From Octopus sinensis (taxonomy: Eukaryota): a DNA stretch of 64,000 bases. Position 1 is the first letter of the stretch. Every line of letters begins with the position of its first letter. The stretch covers positions 18,166,001 to 18,230,000 of the forward strand of contig NC_043018.1 in the NCBI RefSeq assembly GCF_006345805.1. Reading direction: 5' to 3'. Shown here one piece after another: positions 24,829-38,029 of this stretch. The translations under genes were made by a program, and so were the position numbers. The notes under the pieces were generated by a model. That model searched no databases and was not told where the DNA came from. It was given only the letters and a program-made list of their open reading frames with translations.

Positions 24829-25311
24829 GGGGGTGTACATACATAGATGCGTACATACATACATACATATTGAGTGTTTCCATTATAAGACAATTCTCAA
24901 ATCAGCATCGTTAATATTCGCTGAATAACAACTTCTTATGCAACTCACTGAATAACAACCTTTTATGACTAATGTTATAATTAACTGTATCTAACACCGA
25001 ACCCAAGGCATCGTTCATTCAGACATTTGCATTGCCCAATATTAACTTTTACATTTTACAGCAGCGTATATAAAAGCACGGATATAGATTATGCGTATAT
25101 AATTTATGTCTAAGGAGCAAGGATGATAGCAATAATGATTAACATCATACTGAATAATGCTCTTATAGAATTTAATTTACAAACCACTTACGCAGTTTCT
25201 GTGATTCCATTTATTATGGAAATATTACTTTGACAGACGCGGAACTCAACGGAACAACGCATTTATATCATTATGCAAGTCTTGAAGATTTTCTCATGCT
25301 ATATTCCTTTC

Positions 25312-25870
25312 TACTCTGGGCACAAGGCCGGAAATTTTGGGGGAGAGGCTAGTCGATTAGATCTACCCCAGTACGAAACTGGTACTTAAATTTGTCGACC
25401 CCGAAAGGATGAAACGCAAAGTCGACCTCGGCAGAATTTGAACTCAGAACGTAAAGACAGACGAAATACATATTTCTTTACTACCCACAAGGAGCTAAAC
25501 ACAGAGAGGACAAACAAGGACAGACAAACGGATTAAGTCGATTATATCGACCCCAGTGCGTAACTGGTATTTATGTAATCGACCCCGAAAGGATGAAAGG
25601 CGGAATTTGAACTCAGAACGTAGCGGCGGACGAAATACCTATTTCTTTATTACCCACAAGGTGCTAAACATAGAGGGGACAAACAAAGACAGACATAGGT
25701 ATTAAGTCGATTACATCGACCCCAGTGCGTAACTGGTACTTATTTAATCGACCCCGAAAGGATGAAAGGCAAAGTCGACCTCGGCGGAATTTGAACTGAG
25801 AACGTAGCGGAGGACGAAATACCATAAAGCGTTTCGCCCGGCATGCTAACGTTTCTGCCATCTCGCCGCC
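25312..25870 (-). mobile_element. SINE-B trimer with mixed tail types
   Basis: Junctions GACGAAATAC(A/C)|TATTTC at about 25470 and 25640. The first unit carries the older-subfamily tail. Confidence 0.8.
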
Positions 25871-26479
25871 TTCTTCTCCAACCATATAACTGCAATAATG
25901 GATGCAATATTGTTCTCGTACACTAAAGAGCGACAATATTCTCGCTCCAAGTTCTTTGGGGTTCAATTCTTATTGCAGTTTCTACAGAATGATGACATTG
26001 TTTTGATTCAATTATTGGTGTCTCCATAACATTCTTATTGGTGTATTTCTGCCTTAATCTACACTTGATATTATGAATCTTAAAAACAACATCTGGATTA
26101 GAAAGAAAAAAATAGATTCTTGCATAGTCCATGTTTGTTTTATTATTGTCAGCAGAAGGCGTTGAGCTAAGAGAATCGTCAGCACGTAGGACGAAATGCT
26201 GAGCCATTTCTTCCGGCTCTTTACGTTCGAATAGCACCGAGGTCAACTACGCGTCATCCCTTCGAGGTCGATAAGATAAAATACTAGTGAAGTGCTGAGG
26301 TTTAATGATGTTGAACGAAACACCCATGTTTCCAGAAGTGATGCTCTATCTCAACGACACCCGGAGGGAAGTAATATAATGCTTATCTCAGCAGGAGTTG
26401 AACTCAGAACGGATAGACGGACGAAACACCGTCAAGTATTTTGTCCGTCGTGCTAACAATTCTGCCAGCTTGTCGCTTT

Positions 26480-26480
26480 C

Positions 26481-26525
<45 letters not shown>

Positions 26526-26631
26526 TTAATAATAATAATAATAACATGAACTTCCAACCCTGTTGTCTCTTGAGGTCTCTGGGTGAGACTTGGAGCCAAC
26601 TTGTACAAATATAAAGCAAAAGTCAAACATA

Positions 26632-26666
<35 letters not shown>

Positions 26667-27050
26667 GCTCTGATGTACCAGGCAGTGGCTCTCGTGGCTT
26701 ATGATGATGATGATGATGATGACGATGATGACGATGACGATGATAATGACGACGACGATGACGACGACAACGACGTTGATTATGATGATGATGTTGATGA
26801 TGATGGTGATGATAGTGATGTTGGTAATGATGATGATTGTTTTAACAAGGATGATGATAAGGACGATAACGATGATATTGATGGTCACGATGACGATGAT
26901 GATGATGATGATGATGTTGACGATGACAACGACGACGACGATGATGATGATGATGATGATGATAGTGGTGGTGGTGGTGCTGGTAATGATGATGATTGTA
27001 ATAACATGGATATTGATATAAAGATGATGACGATGATGATGATGCCGGTG
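26480..27050. repeat. (AAT)n and (GAT/GAC)n compound microsatellite with short inserted fragments
   Basis: Directly visible. Non-repetitive inserts at about 26545-26635 and 26665-26700. Confidence 0.85.
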
Positions 27051-27704
27051 ACTCTTGTAGCTGACATTTCTACCCTATTGTTCAACATGTCATTATCAAA
27101 TTCCCTCACAGCGCAGGACATTGCCATTGTTTTCTTTATCACGAATTCGCGATCGTTTTAATTAGCAGCATCCATTCACGTTCCAACCAAACCTTTTCAG
27201 TTCCTATCAACAACAGCCATACGCAGGTTCACATTTTCCCTTTTCCAGTGATCATTAACCGAATGAGGCTTTTGTGCTTTTATTTTATGTTTTTACGCTG
27301 CTTTTATCTTTTTCTAAATTACATTTGTCCGAGCATAGAAAGATAAAAACCTCAGCATTAATATTAAAGTAACAGAGACGATCATCGATCGCTCAAATCT
27401 GTAACGGAACTCGCGTCTGTTTTCTTTTTGCGCCGTATTGTTTGGAAACGAAAGTCAGAACTTGGAATGAATAGTCTATTGTTTTATTTTATCTGTTTTG
27501 AATATTGCCCCAGATTCCGTTAAGCCACAACCTGATCTGATAACGGAATACCCAATAGGCAACAGGAAATGTGTTTGGACAGATCGGGATTGCGTGAAAG
27601 ATCCAAGAAAATTTTGATAGGAAGAATCCAAATACAATTTTGCACGAAGGGGTGAAGTTACGTTAATGGAAAGAAAAAATTAATCTTCGATATCTTATTT
27701 CCAC

Positions 27705-28620
27705 AATGAGCGGCGAGCTGGCAGAGTCGTTAGCACGCCGGCCTGAACGCTTATTTGCCTTTCGTCTGTCTTAACGTTCAGAGTTAAAATTCCGCCCAAG
27801 ATGCATTTGCCTTTCATCCCTCTTGGGGGTCGATAAAATAAGCACCTTTTGAGCATTGGGGTCGTTATAACTGATATAACCCCTCCCTTGAAATCGCAGG
27901 GCCAGTGCCAAAATTTAAAACCAATATCTCAAGTTCACGAAGGGCGGCGAGCTGGCAGAATCGTTAGCATGCTGGGCAAAATACTTCGTAGCATTTCGTC
28001 TATCACTAAGTTCTGAGTTCAAATTCTGTCGAGGTTGACTTTGCCTTTAATCCCATCGGAGTTCATAAAATAAGTATCGGTATTTCGTCTGCTGTTACAT
28101 TCTGAGTTCAAATTCCGCCGAGGTCGACTTGCCTTTAAGCCTTTCGGGATCGATAAATTAAGTACACTGGGGTCGATGTAATCGACTTAATCCCTTTGTC
28201 TGTCCTTGTTTGCCCCCTCTATGTTTAGAAATAAGAAATAAGAATCGTTAACATGCTGGGTAAAATACTTCGTAGCATTTCGCCTATCAATAAGTTCTAA
28301 GTTCAAATTCTGTCGAGGTTGACTTTGCCTTTAATCCCATCGGAGTTGATAATATAAGTACCAGTTGAGTACAACAATAAGCTTCATCGCGAAGGAGGCG
28401 AACTGGAAGGATCGTTGAACGCCGGGCGAAATGCATAGCAGCATCACATCCTTATTTACGTTCTGAGTTCGAATTCTGCAGAGGTCGACTTTGTCTTTCA
28501 TCCTTTCGGGGTCGATAAAATATCTACCAGTTGAGTGCTGAAGTTGATGAAATCGACTTAACCACCACCGCCGAAATTACTGGCCTTGTGCCAAAAATTG
28601 AAGCCAACATCTTATTTTCA
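27705..28620 (+). mobile_element. Nest of SINE-B copies (old and young subfamilies)
   Basis: At least four heads or cores. One body starts exactly at GGTATTTC (about 28079). Confidence 0.8.
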
Positions 28621-28982
28621 CGAGAAAGTCTGACTGCAAAATATAGAGATAGAAATAGTCAATAGAACAAGTATTTTTTAAATTTTCTTTACAGTGTACA
28701 GATAAATCATTGATAATTTCTGGTGAAATCGTGCCAAAATATTTTTTTTTTTAATTCCTGCAAACATATATATAATGAGTATCGAGTCAGTGATGCATTA
28801 GAGCCAAGTACATTCGTTGCTATTGTATTATTATATTATTATTAAGGCGGTGAACTAACAGAACCGTTAGCCCGCCAGCAAAGTCCTTAGCGGTATTTCT
28901 TTCGTCTTTACGTTCTGAGTTCAAATTCTGCCGATGTCGACTTTGCCATTCATCCTTTCGGAGTCGATAGAATATGTACCGA

Positions 28983-29388
28983 AGGGCAGCGAGCTGGCAA
29001 GAAGCGTTAGCACGCCGGGCGAAATGTTTAACCCGGCTAGTTTCTGAGTTCAAATTCCGCAGAAGTTGACTTTGCCTTTCATCCTTTCGGGGTCGATTAA
29101 ATAAGTACCAGTTACGCACTGGGGTTGATATAATCGATTTAATCTGTTTGTCTGTCCTTGTTTGTCCTCTCTGTTTTTAGCTCCTTGTGGGTAGTAAAGA
29201 AATAGGTATTTCGTCTGTCTTTATGTTCTGAGCTCAAATTCTGCCGAGGTCGACTTTGCCTTTCATCCTTTCGGGGTCGATAAATTAAGTACCAGTTATG
29301 CACTGGGGTCGATGTAATCAACTTAATCCCTTTGTTTGTCCTTGCTTGTCCCCTCTATGTTTAGCCCCTTGAGGGCAATAAAGAAATA
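28983..29388 (+). mobile_element. SINE-B dimer inserted in an older SINE-B
   Basis: 14-bp TSD AGAATATGTACCGA at 28969-28982 and 29389-29402. Internal junction AAGAAATA|GGTATTTC. Confidence 0.88.
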
Positions 29389-29949
29389 AGAATATGTACC
29401 GATTGAGTACTGGGGTCGATGTAATCGAATGTCCTCCCATATTTCAGACCTGGTGCCTATAATAGAAAGGATTATTATTAAAGCAGTGAACTAATAGAAC
29501 CGTTACCCACCAGTCAAATGCTTAGCAGCATTTCACCTGTCTGTTCAGTATCGATAAAATATATACCATTTAAGTACTGAAGTGAATATGATTGACTTCC
29601 CTTGCCTCGAAAACCCGTTTGCCTTGTGCTAAATTTTGAAATGATTATATTATCGTATTATCGATCCGGTGACTATGAGGGCGGTCATTAATAACTATTT
29701 TAAATACAAGTACTGAACTCAAAATTTGAAGAGAAGGAAGTCGTTCATTATATCGATCTAAGCAGCCGACTGGTGCTTTATTGTATTGACATCGGAAGTA
29801 TCAAAGACGGAGGTAATTTCTACATAATTTCGACTCGAGATCTAAAGAGACGAAACATATAAAGCAAAGCTAACGACCTTCTAATGATTTTGTCACTCCA
29901 CTTCCCGTTACACGGCATGTGTAATAATAACGGGATATCATTTGTGTCT

Positions 29950-30415
29950 TTTTTTTTTGGCACAAGGCCAGCGATTTTGAGGAGTAGAGAAGACGATTAC
30001 ATCGGCCCCAATCTTCAACTAATAAGGAAAGGCAAAATCGACCGCAGCGGAATTTGAGTTCAGAACGTAAAGACGGATGAAATGCCTCTAAGCATTTCGT
30101 CCGGCATACTAACGTCTCTGCTTACCAGCTGCCTTAAATAATTCGCATTGCGATACCAATAATAGCATGGTAATATATACTCGTTCGTCGTAAATATTGG
30201 TTTGAAATTCTGGTACAAGGCCAGCAATTTGGTGGGCAGGGGTAAGCCGATCACACCGACCCCACTGATCAGGTGGTACTTAATTCATCGACCTCATAAG
30301 GAGGAAAGGCAAAGGCGACCCCGACGGAATTTGAGCTCAGAACGTAGAGACGGACGAAACGCTGGTACGTATTTTCCTCCTGCGACTGCGACTGCGTTAG
30401 CTCGACGCCTTAAAT
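29950..30415 (-). mobile_element. Two diverged older SINE-B copies
   Basis: TTGGCACAAGGCCAGC tails and GGAATTTGAG(T/C)TCAGAACGTA cores. Confidence 0.65.
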
Positions 30416-30639
30416 AATAGCATAGTAATATCATTAACAGCATGGAAACAGGCCTGTTTTTGTGGTTCTTTACTTATCTATGGTAAATATTAGATATAAT
30501 GTCCAAGTCCACAGACTCGTCTAAGGACAAAAACTAAGATTAATGATCAATTATGTCTATTATTATTTCAAGTTCGATAAAATATGCGTCGATACTACAG
30601 CAGTAATATTTGGGGTCGTTCAATCTCTTACGTATAATG

Positions 30640-31088
30640 TACTAGCAGCATAGCCCGGCATTGCCCGGGTATGTAAGAGCCCCAGAAAATGTGTTGCATA
30701 TAAAAAGCTTAGATTCTCGACCCCATGTCGAATTTATCGATTTTTTTTAGAACTGGGGGAACTTTTCAAAATCTTTGCTGCGTTAGTTTTGAATTATGAC
30801 ATTGGGCTATGTGTGTGTCAAGTTTCATCAGAATCGGTTGAAAGCTGCGGTCAGGGTGAGGGTACAACCTGACAGACACACAGTATATTTCTTTATTACC
30901 CACAAGGGGCGACACAGAGGGGACACCACAAGACATGGGGACATAGAACATTATAATTAAATTTATGAAGAATGAATTATTACATGAAAAAAATGATAAT
31001 ATGAAAGCGATGCTAATGGCCCCATCCGTTAGCCTGACAGACACACAGACACACAGACAGACAAACTGCCGTTTATATAGAGAGAGAT
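30640..31088 (+). mobile_element. Non-autonomous Helitron/Helentron-like element with an internal retro-insertion
   Basis: 5' TACTAGCAGCATAGCCCGGCATTGCCCGGG, internal GTTTCATCAGAATCGGTTG, 3' (ACAG)n-AAACTGCCGTTTATATAGAG. This layout resembles Lep1/DINE-type elements (from recall). Confidence 0.6.
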
Positions 31089-32648
31089 TTCAAAAAAAAT
31101 ATATTTTATTAGAATGATTCATTTTTTAGGTCAGTTATCGAGGAGTCACCTGGGAGCTATTTGGAGAGAAGTGGGTAAATAATAAAAAGAAATTAAGTAT
31201 TCTTTGAGATATTTAGTCTGCAAACATAATGTTTGAGTTCAAATTCTACTGAAGTAGACTTTCGAATTCATTCCTCAAGGGCGGAATTGAATTATTTGAC
31301 GCTCTTTCAGGCACACGTTTAAATAAGTATAGCGATTTGAGGAAATCACCATTTTAATACCAGCAAAAAAAAGGAAGATATGTATTTGAATTTTTCTTGT
31401 TATATATCACATTTAAACACAGACATTATTATTCTGATATTTAATCTTATATCTCACATTCTGTATTTGACGTATACTTAATTTTTCATAATTGATATAC
31501 ATACTAATTCATAATTATAATGTATAATTTATAAATTTTAATCCTTAATATTACAAAGCGTAATTTTTATTCTCAATTTTTAATTCTTAATTTTTAATCT
31601 TCAATACTTAATTTTATTGCTTATTTTTAAAGGGAGGTAAAATTAGATATATCATATGTTGAAAATCTGAAGATGAGTTAGAATAATTGTAAATCTGACA
31701 ATTACATATATGTATTTATATATGTATATATATATACGGGTATACAGTTGTGTATATGTATATATTGTAATCTTTCAATACTGAAACACGTATATTTCCT
31801 TCATATTTAATCAATATAAGTATTAACTAAAGTATGATAAACTTAATGAATTATATTATATACCCTTCTGGTAACTTTGGTTATATCCTTTAAGTATTAT
31901 TTCATGATGTGCAAACTGATATCATGAGTAGGTGAATGAATTATCCTATGTTTATCGTCACCATGGAATATTCTTTTCGCTAAGGTTCCCCTAGTAAACA
32001 CAGTCATAGAAAAATCGTACAAATGTAAACACTGGCAGAAACACACTTTCTACTCATATAAATGATAACGATAGTCACTGTGGTTTGAACAATTAGCTTT
32101 ACGTCCACCCCACTGCTATAGAGAAATTCTTTCCTAAGCCTTCGAACATTCTTTCAATCAACGTACCCTTCCCTCTCCACTTGTTCCCTACCTATTATTC
32201 CTTTATACCTTCTCTTCCTACTATCTCTCTTTGACGTCTGTCTCTCTCTCTCTCTCAGACACACAATCACACACAGAGACACAAATGCAGTTATACACGC
32301 ACACACATACACACACACAGATAGATAAGCAGGCAGGCAGACAGAGAGACTGACAGACAGACAGATAGATATTCAAGAAAATGAACAGTTGACAGAAAAT
32401 CCATTGGTTTGGAAAGAAGTGATCTATCATGGTTTTGAAACAGGACAACAGACCGCGATCTCAATCGCAGAAACTTTTCTGCCAGAAGATGTTTGCAACA
32501 TGTGAGGTAGGTTTCTTTTTGCGCAAAGCCAGACCTGGTGGCCAATTGAGAGTGAATGGCAGCACTTCCAATTTAAAGAGATGTTCTTCTTCTGTAAAGA
32601 AGCGGCAATCACCAAACACACAAGCAAACACACACATATAAATATATT

Positions 32649-32725
<77 letters not shown>

Positions 32726-32731
<6 letters not shown>

Positions 32732-32886
32732 TTAGAGACAAAACCACTATTTTGCAAAACAAACAAGGAAAGACTTAATCAATACATAAAATTTTAATAA
32801 AAAGTAAAAAAAACCGCCACTACAATTGTTTCTTGTCCTAATCGACAATCTTCAGGTGGACTTCCAATTTTCAAGTCAGTTTCAAA
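32726..32886 (-). mobile_element. 160-bp Penelope-like non-coding element inside (TA)n
   Basis: Present in one duplicate and absent from the other. Contains the hammerhead below. Its first 70 bp resemble 46270-46340. Confidence 0.7.
32817..32859 (-). ncRNA. Minimal type I hammerhead ribozyme, intact core
   Basis: CCAC-CUGAAGA-UUGUC(GAUUAG)GACAA-GAAAC-AAUU-GUA^GUGG. Helix I CCAC/GUGG, 5-bp helix II, palindromic helix III ACAAUUGU. Confidence 0.8.
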
Positions 32887-32920
32887 TATATATATATATA
32901 CATATATACGCATACATTCA

Positions 32921-32966
<46 letters not shown>

Positions 32967-33106
32967 ATATGTATATATATGCAGATATATATATGCATAT
33001 ATATATATATGCTTGTAAATACAGATTGTTGTTTATGCAACAAACATTACATTAAAGAAGCGGCAATCACCAAACACACAAGCAAGCACACACATATAAA
33101 TATATT

Positions 33107-33150
<44 letters not shown>

Positions 33151-33168
33151 TACGCATACATTCATATA

Positions 33169-33262
<94 letters not shown>

Positions 33263-33924
33263 AAGATATGTATATATATGCAGATATATATGCATACATA
33301 TATATATGCTTGTAAATACAGATTGTTGTTTATGCAACAAACATTACATGAGAAATAGTGCTCAGTTTTAGTGAGAATATGTTTGTAAAAAGGAACATCA
33401 TTGAAAAGCTAAACGAATTCTCTTGATTGTGATCTCACATATAACTCTCTTATTGATACAATGATTGCAGTATTCTTTTGAATAAACAACGAACATTGGC
33501 ATTGATTTACCGTTTCACTGTCTTGTTTACTAAGAGAAACAATATGCTATTAATACTTACACGATATTGCCCAGAGTAAATATTGGCTATTGTTCTTCAT
33601 ATATATATACACACATACTTAACCTGAATCGGTTTTTATAAAAGAGTCATTTGACAACGGTGAATGATGGAACGAAGAATATGTGGAAGAGAGGTATTGA
33701 TATCCATTTAAACGAAATATCCTTAAGATGTACATTTACTTCACAAGAACAAATTCAATTCAGTTATTAACTTCGCATATAATTGACATCCATCACGGAA
33801 TTAAAACTTCCCACGCTAGAATCACTGCTTCCTCTGAAACGAGAACATGCAAACATCTTTAACGAAGGCATATAAACTTAGTCACTGCAATAACATCAAT
33901 ATAAAGCCATTGCGTGCCTTATTC

Positions 33925-34397
33925 AGCATGGTGGCGGTTTGGTGGAACCGTTAGGACGCCGAGCGAAATGCTTAGCGGCGTTTCGTCTGTCTTTACGTTC
34001 TGAGTTCAAATTCCACCGAGGTCGACTTTGCCCTACATCCTTTCGGGGTCGCTTAAATAAGTACCAGGTAATGAATGGGGTCGATGTTCTTAATCCCAAA
34101 GTCTGTCCTTGTTTGTCCCCTCTGTGTTAGCCCCCTGTGGGGAATTGCTGGTTTTGTAACAAAATTTGAATTCAATATATCTCATCACGTCACCCCTCCT
34201 AAGTTTTATCTCCCAGACTTATTACTAAAAATAGACGTTGATAGTTTCAATGCAGTGTGAAAATAATGTCTGGGATGGTGGAGATATATCACGATAAGAA
34301 GACAAGATATGAAAATACGAAAATTAAAAGAATTACCTTTTCTCTCATTCACTATACATTCGTAAATACATACACGCACACACGCACACACATACAT

Positions 34398-34428
<31 letters not shown>

Positions 34429-34654
34429 AGGCGGTGAGCTGGCAGAAACGTTAGCACGCCGGGCGAAATGCTTAGCGGTATTTCATCTGCCGTTACGTTC
34501 TGAGTTCAAATTCCACCGAGGTCGACTTTGCCTTTCATCCTTTCGGGGTCGATAAATAAAGTACCAGTTTCGCACTGGGGTCGATGTAACCGACTTAATC
34601 CCTTTGTCTGTCCTCGTTTGTCCCCTCTGTGTTAGCCCCTTGTGGGTAGTAAAG

Positions 34655-34658
<4 letters not shown>
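33925..34658 (+). mobile_element. Two SINE-B monomers (33925-34145 and 34430-34658)
   Basis: Heads, B boxes and cores match the family. The second ends GTAGTAAAGAAATA(TA)n. Confidence 0.85.
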
Positions 34659-34708
<50 letters not shown>

Positions 34709-34721
34709 TTATATATATATA

Positions 34722-35020
34722 AAGGAGCACTCTGTCAGTTACGACGACAAAAATCCCAACTGAAATGATCAACGGAACAGCTTGCTCGTGAACTTAACGC
34801 TCAAGTGACTGACCACTCCACAGACACGTGTACTCCTAACGTAGTTCTCAGGGAGATTCAGCATAACACAGAGTGTGACAAGGCCGACCCTTTGAAATAC
34901 AGGTGCAACTCATTTTTGCCAGAAGGGTGAACTGGAGCAACGTGAAATAAAGTGTCTTGCGCCAGGATTTGAACTCACGACCTTACGTTTGTGAGCCGAA
35001 TGCCCTAACCACTAAGCCAC
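34722..35020 (-). mobile_element. SINE family D with the family-A type tail
   Basis: Minus strand GTGAAGGCGCGTGGCTTAGTGGTTAGG...GAGTTCAAATCC, then TATTTCAAAGGGTCGGCCTTGTCAC...GTGCTCC. Confidence 0.8.
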
Positions 35021-35052
35021 GCGCCTTCACATACATACATATATACATACAA

Positions 35053-35434
35053 GGAGGCGCAATGGCCCAGTGGTTAGGGCAGCGGACTCGCGGTCGTAGG
35101 ATCGCGGTTTCGATTCCCAGACCGGGCGTTGTGAGTGTTTATTGAGCGAAAACACCTAAAGCTCCACGAGGCTCCGGCAGGGGATGGTGGTGATCCCTGC
35201 TGTACTCTTTCACCACAACTTTCATTCACTCTTTCTTCCTGTTTCTGTTGTACCTGTATTTCAAAGGGCCGGCCTTGTCACTCTCTGTGTTACGCTGAAT
35301 ATCCCCGAGAACTACGTTAAGGGTGCACGTGTCTGTGGAGTGCTCAGCCACATACACGTTAATTTCACGAGCAGGCTGTTCCGTTGATTCGGATCAACCG
35401 GAACCCTCATCGTCGTAACCGACAGAGTGCTTCC
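35053..35434 (+). mobile_element. SINE family A, full length
   Basis: Near-identical to 1352-1738. Confidence 0.92.
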
Positions 35435-36339
35435 ACCACATACATACATACATACATATATATGTGTATGTATGTATACATGTGGGTGTGTGATTGTGTG
35501 TGTGTGTTTGTGTTTGTATATGTATTACAGAAGAAGAAAAAGAAATAAAAACATGTAGCTTTGAACCAATATCGTTAAGGATGTTTCTAGTAGCAAACTA
35601 ATACTTAATACTAACAGTGAATGAATAATCTCGCATAGTTAAACATAGATTGGAATATCTGCCGGCATTATTGGATGTTAATATTCTGCGGAAAATTGCC
35701 AGTAATTAGAGCTAAATATTCGCCGCAAATGATGCACCTAAAACGCAGCTCATTAGATTTGAATGTTGAAGTCTAATTAGATGGAAATAACGCGCACGTA
35801 TTTAAAGGAACACGTCTAAATTAGAGGATATCATGAGTCGCAGATTCGCCTAAACTTTGTGAATTATCTCAATGTAATGTGATTACATTAATGGGACAGA
35901 ATGAAAAGGACATGTAGATATTTATCGAGTTTAATTATCTTGTTGCTTACATACTGTCAGTTGCTCTGCAATCTTTACACGAAGCAAAATTCTTGCGCAT
36001 GTTCTGTTATTCGTTATCTGTAAGATAAAGTCTTCTAATTCAATCATATTTATTTGATAGTAAACGATGTTGCAGATTTTGAATGGATAGTTTATTGGCC
36101 TTCCGTTTTACGATCTGATGAAGTGAAGTGACATCAACAAGGTGAAACCCATGGCATTAAGTTTGGAGAACATTCTAGCATAGATTTTCAATATTGATTC
36201 AAAACCAGATATTTGTGGGGAAGGTTATTCTAGACTTAACTGACTTCTAATGCAAGTAGCTGATTTAATTCAATCAATACCAAACATATTGTAGGGTATA
36301 ATGTATAGACCCACAATAAATAAACTTTTCTGCAATAGG

Positions 36340-36545
36340 TACCGAAGCCTGAAATTTCGAGGAAAGGAACTAGTCGATTACATCGATTCCAGTAATTAAC
36401 TGGAAATTATTTTATCGACTCCGAGAGGATAAAAAGCGAAATCGACCTCGGCAGAATTTGAACTCAGAACGTAAAGACAGATGAAATACCGTTGAGTATT
36501 TTGCCTGGCATGCTCATGATTCTGCCCGTTCGCTGCCTTCAGCTT
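36340..36545 (-). mobile_element. Older SINE-B copy
   Basis: CGACCTCGGCAGAATTTGAACTCAGAACGTAAAGACAGATGAAATACC core. Confidence 0.7.
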
Positions 36546-37376
36546 ACATATCTAATAATATGGCATTTTAGAATTTTCAGCGTTGTGGTTTTTGTTCTGT
36601 TTTTGACCAATCATCTCAGTGGCCAATAGGGAGACGCCATAGAACGATTTTGTTAAATCTGAGCTTCTGTCAACTCCCTCAATGGACATTAAACGGTCAG
36701 TAATAACAGAATAAACATTCTTTTGGAAATAAAGTAAATCGAATAAAGTCGTAATTTATTGTAAGGCCTTTTCATTACATCTAGCCTCAGTTCAGTTTGT
36801 GATCACAAATACCAGGTCACCTATGGGTATTACCTCCAACACAAGAGATACTTTCATTAAATCGGAGCTAAACAATGGGTCGAATCGCCGGCGCACGAGG
36901 CTGACCATCAATATTAATATTTACAATCCAATACATCTCTAGACAATATAAATATTTGATTTTAAAATGAAAGACGAGGACATAAATCGATTAAATATGT
37001 ATAACAGGTTCTACATGATCGCATATTAATCATTCGGTGTGTAATCAAAGCTCGCTCTGCAGTGTATATTAGAGTCAGACGAACATACTCGGCGGGAAAT
37101 AGTCGTACGAGTAACTCGATCATAGAAAATTGCCGATAAACCGACAGTAAACTTGCCATCACTACTTAGTGTAGCAACCAAAACTATCAGTATTTGGACA
37201 TGCTAAATTGTCTGTCTGTCTGGCTATCTATCTATCTATCTCCCGCCGATTATTACTTTTAACTTTTATCACTTGACTAGTTTCAGTCGATTGACTGTCG
37301 TCATGCTGGAGCAGGTAGGTAGGTAGGTAGGCACACACATATATGATGTCAGACTGTATCTATGATTTTATATATG

Positions 37377-37536
<160 letters not shown>

Positions 37537-37537
37537 G

Positions 37538-37585
<48 letters not shown>

Positions 37586-37586
37586 A

Positions 37587-37815
37587 CAGTGGTTCTCAAC
37601 CGGCGTCCATATGGTTCTTGGGCGGCGGCGGTGGGGTCCATAAAAGATTCTGCTATAAAATTTGTAACTTCCATAAAGCAGGAAACATTTTAATTTGTTC
37701 TACAATTTCTAATGACGTTTAATCGTAAACATGCAGTGGGGTTTGATATTGAATGGCTGTGGAGGTCCAGTTTAGTAACATAGGAATCAAAGGGATCCAT
37801 TGTCAAAAACTAGTT
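37587..37815 (+). mobile_element. hAT-type MITE
   Basis: Starts CAGTGGTTCTCAACC (Charlie-like TIR). Related to the 54225-54570 element. 3' TIR degraded. Confidence 0.6.
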
Positions 37816-37831
37816 TACAATATATTTATTG

Positions 37832-37863
<32 letters not shown>

Positions 37864-38029
37864 CATGTGATCTTTGTACATTGATAACACTTCTTCATTT
37901 CCTACACTCTGTACATTTCCAAGAATAGGGGATGTGCACCCAGGTGGATGTGGTGATATAATCTCTGAATATCCAACTGTATTAGCAGCAATAGCAGACA
38001 TTAGTGCAGTTTCATTCATGTGATGAGGT

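Larger units (their letters stand above)
32595..33349. repeat. Tandem duplication (458-bp and 297-bp units); only unit 1 contains the 160-bp insert
   Basis: Unit starts TAAAGAAGCGGCAATCACC at 32595 and 33053; unit ends ACATTACAT at 33052 and 33349. Confidence 0.88.

Noticed and set aside
26583-27161. 192-aa poly-Asp ORF
   Set aside because: It is a (GAT/GAC)n microsatellite that is open in several frames, with no domain or splice evidence.
32429-32590. Very degraded Tc1/maT-like segment (VLKQDNRP...KLFCQKMF)
   Set aside because: Only a vague resemblance to the QQD motif region; not supportable.
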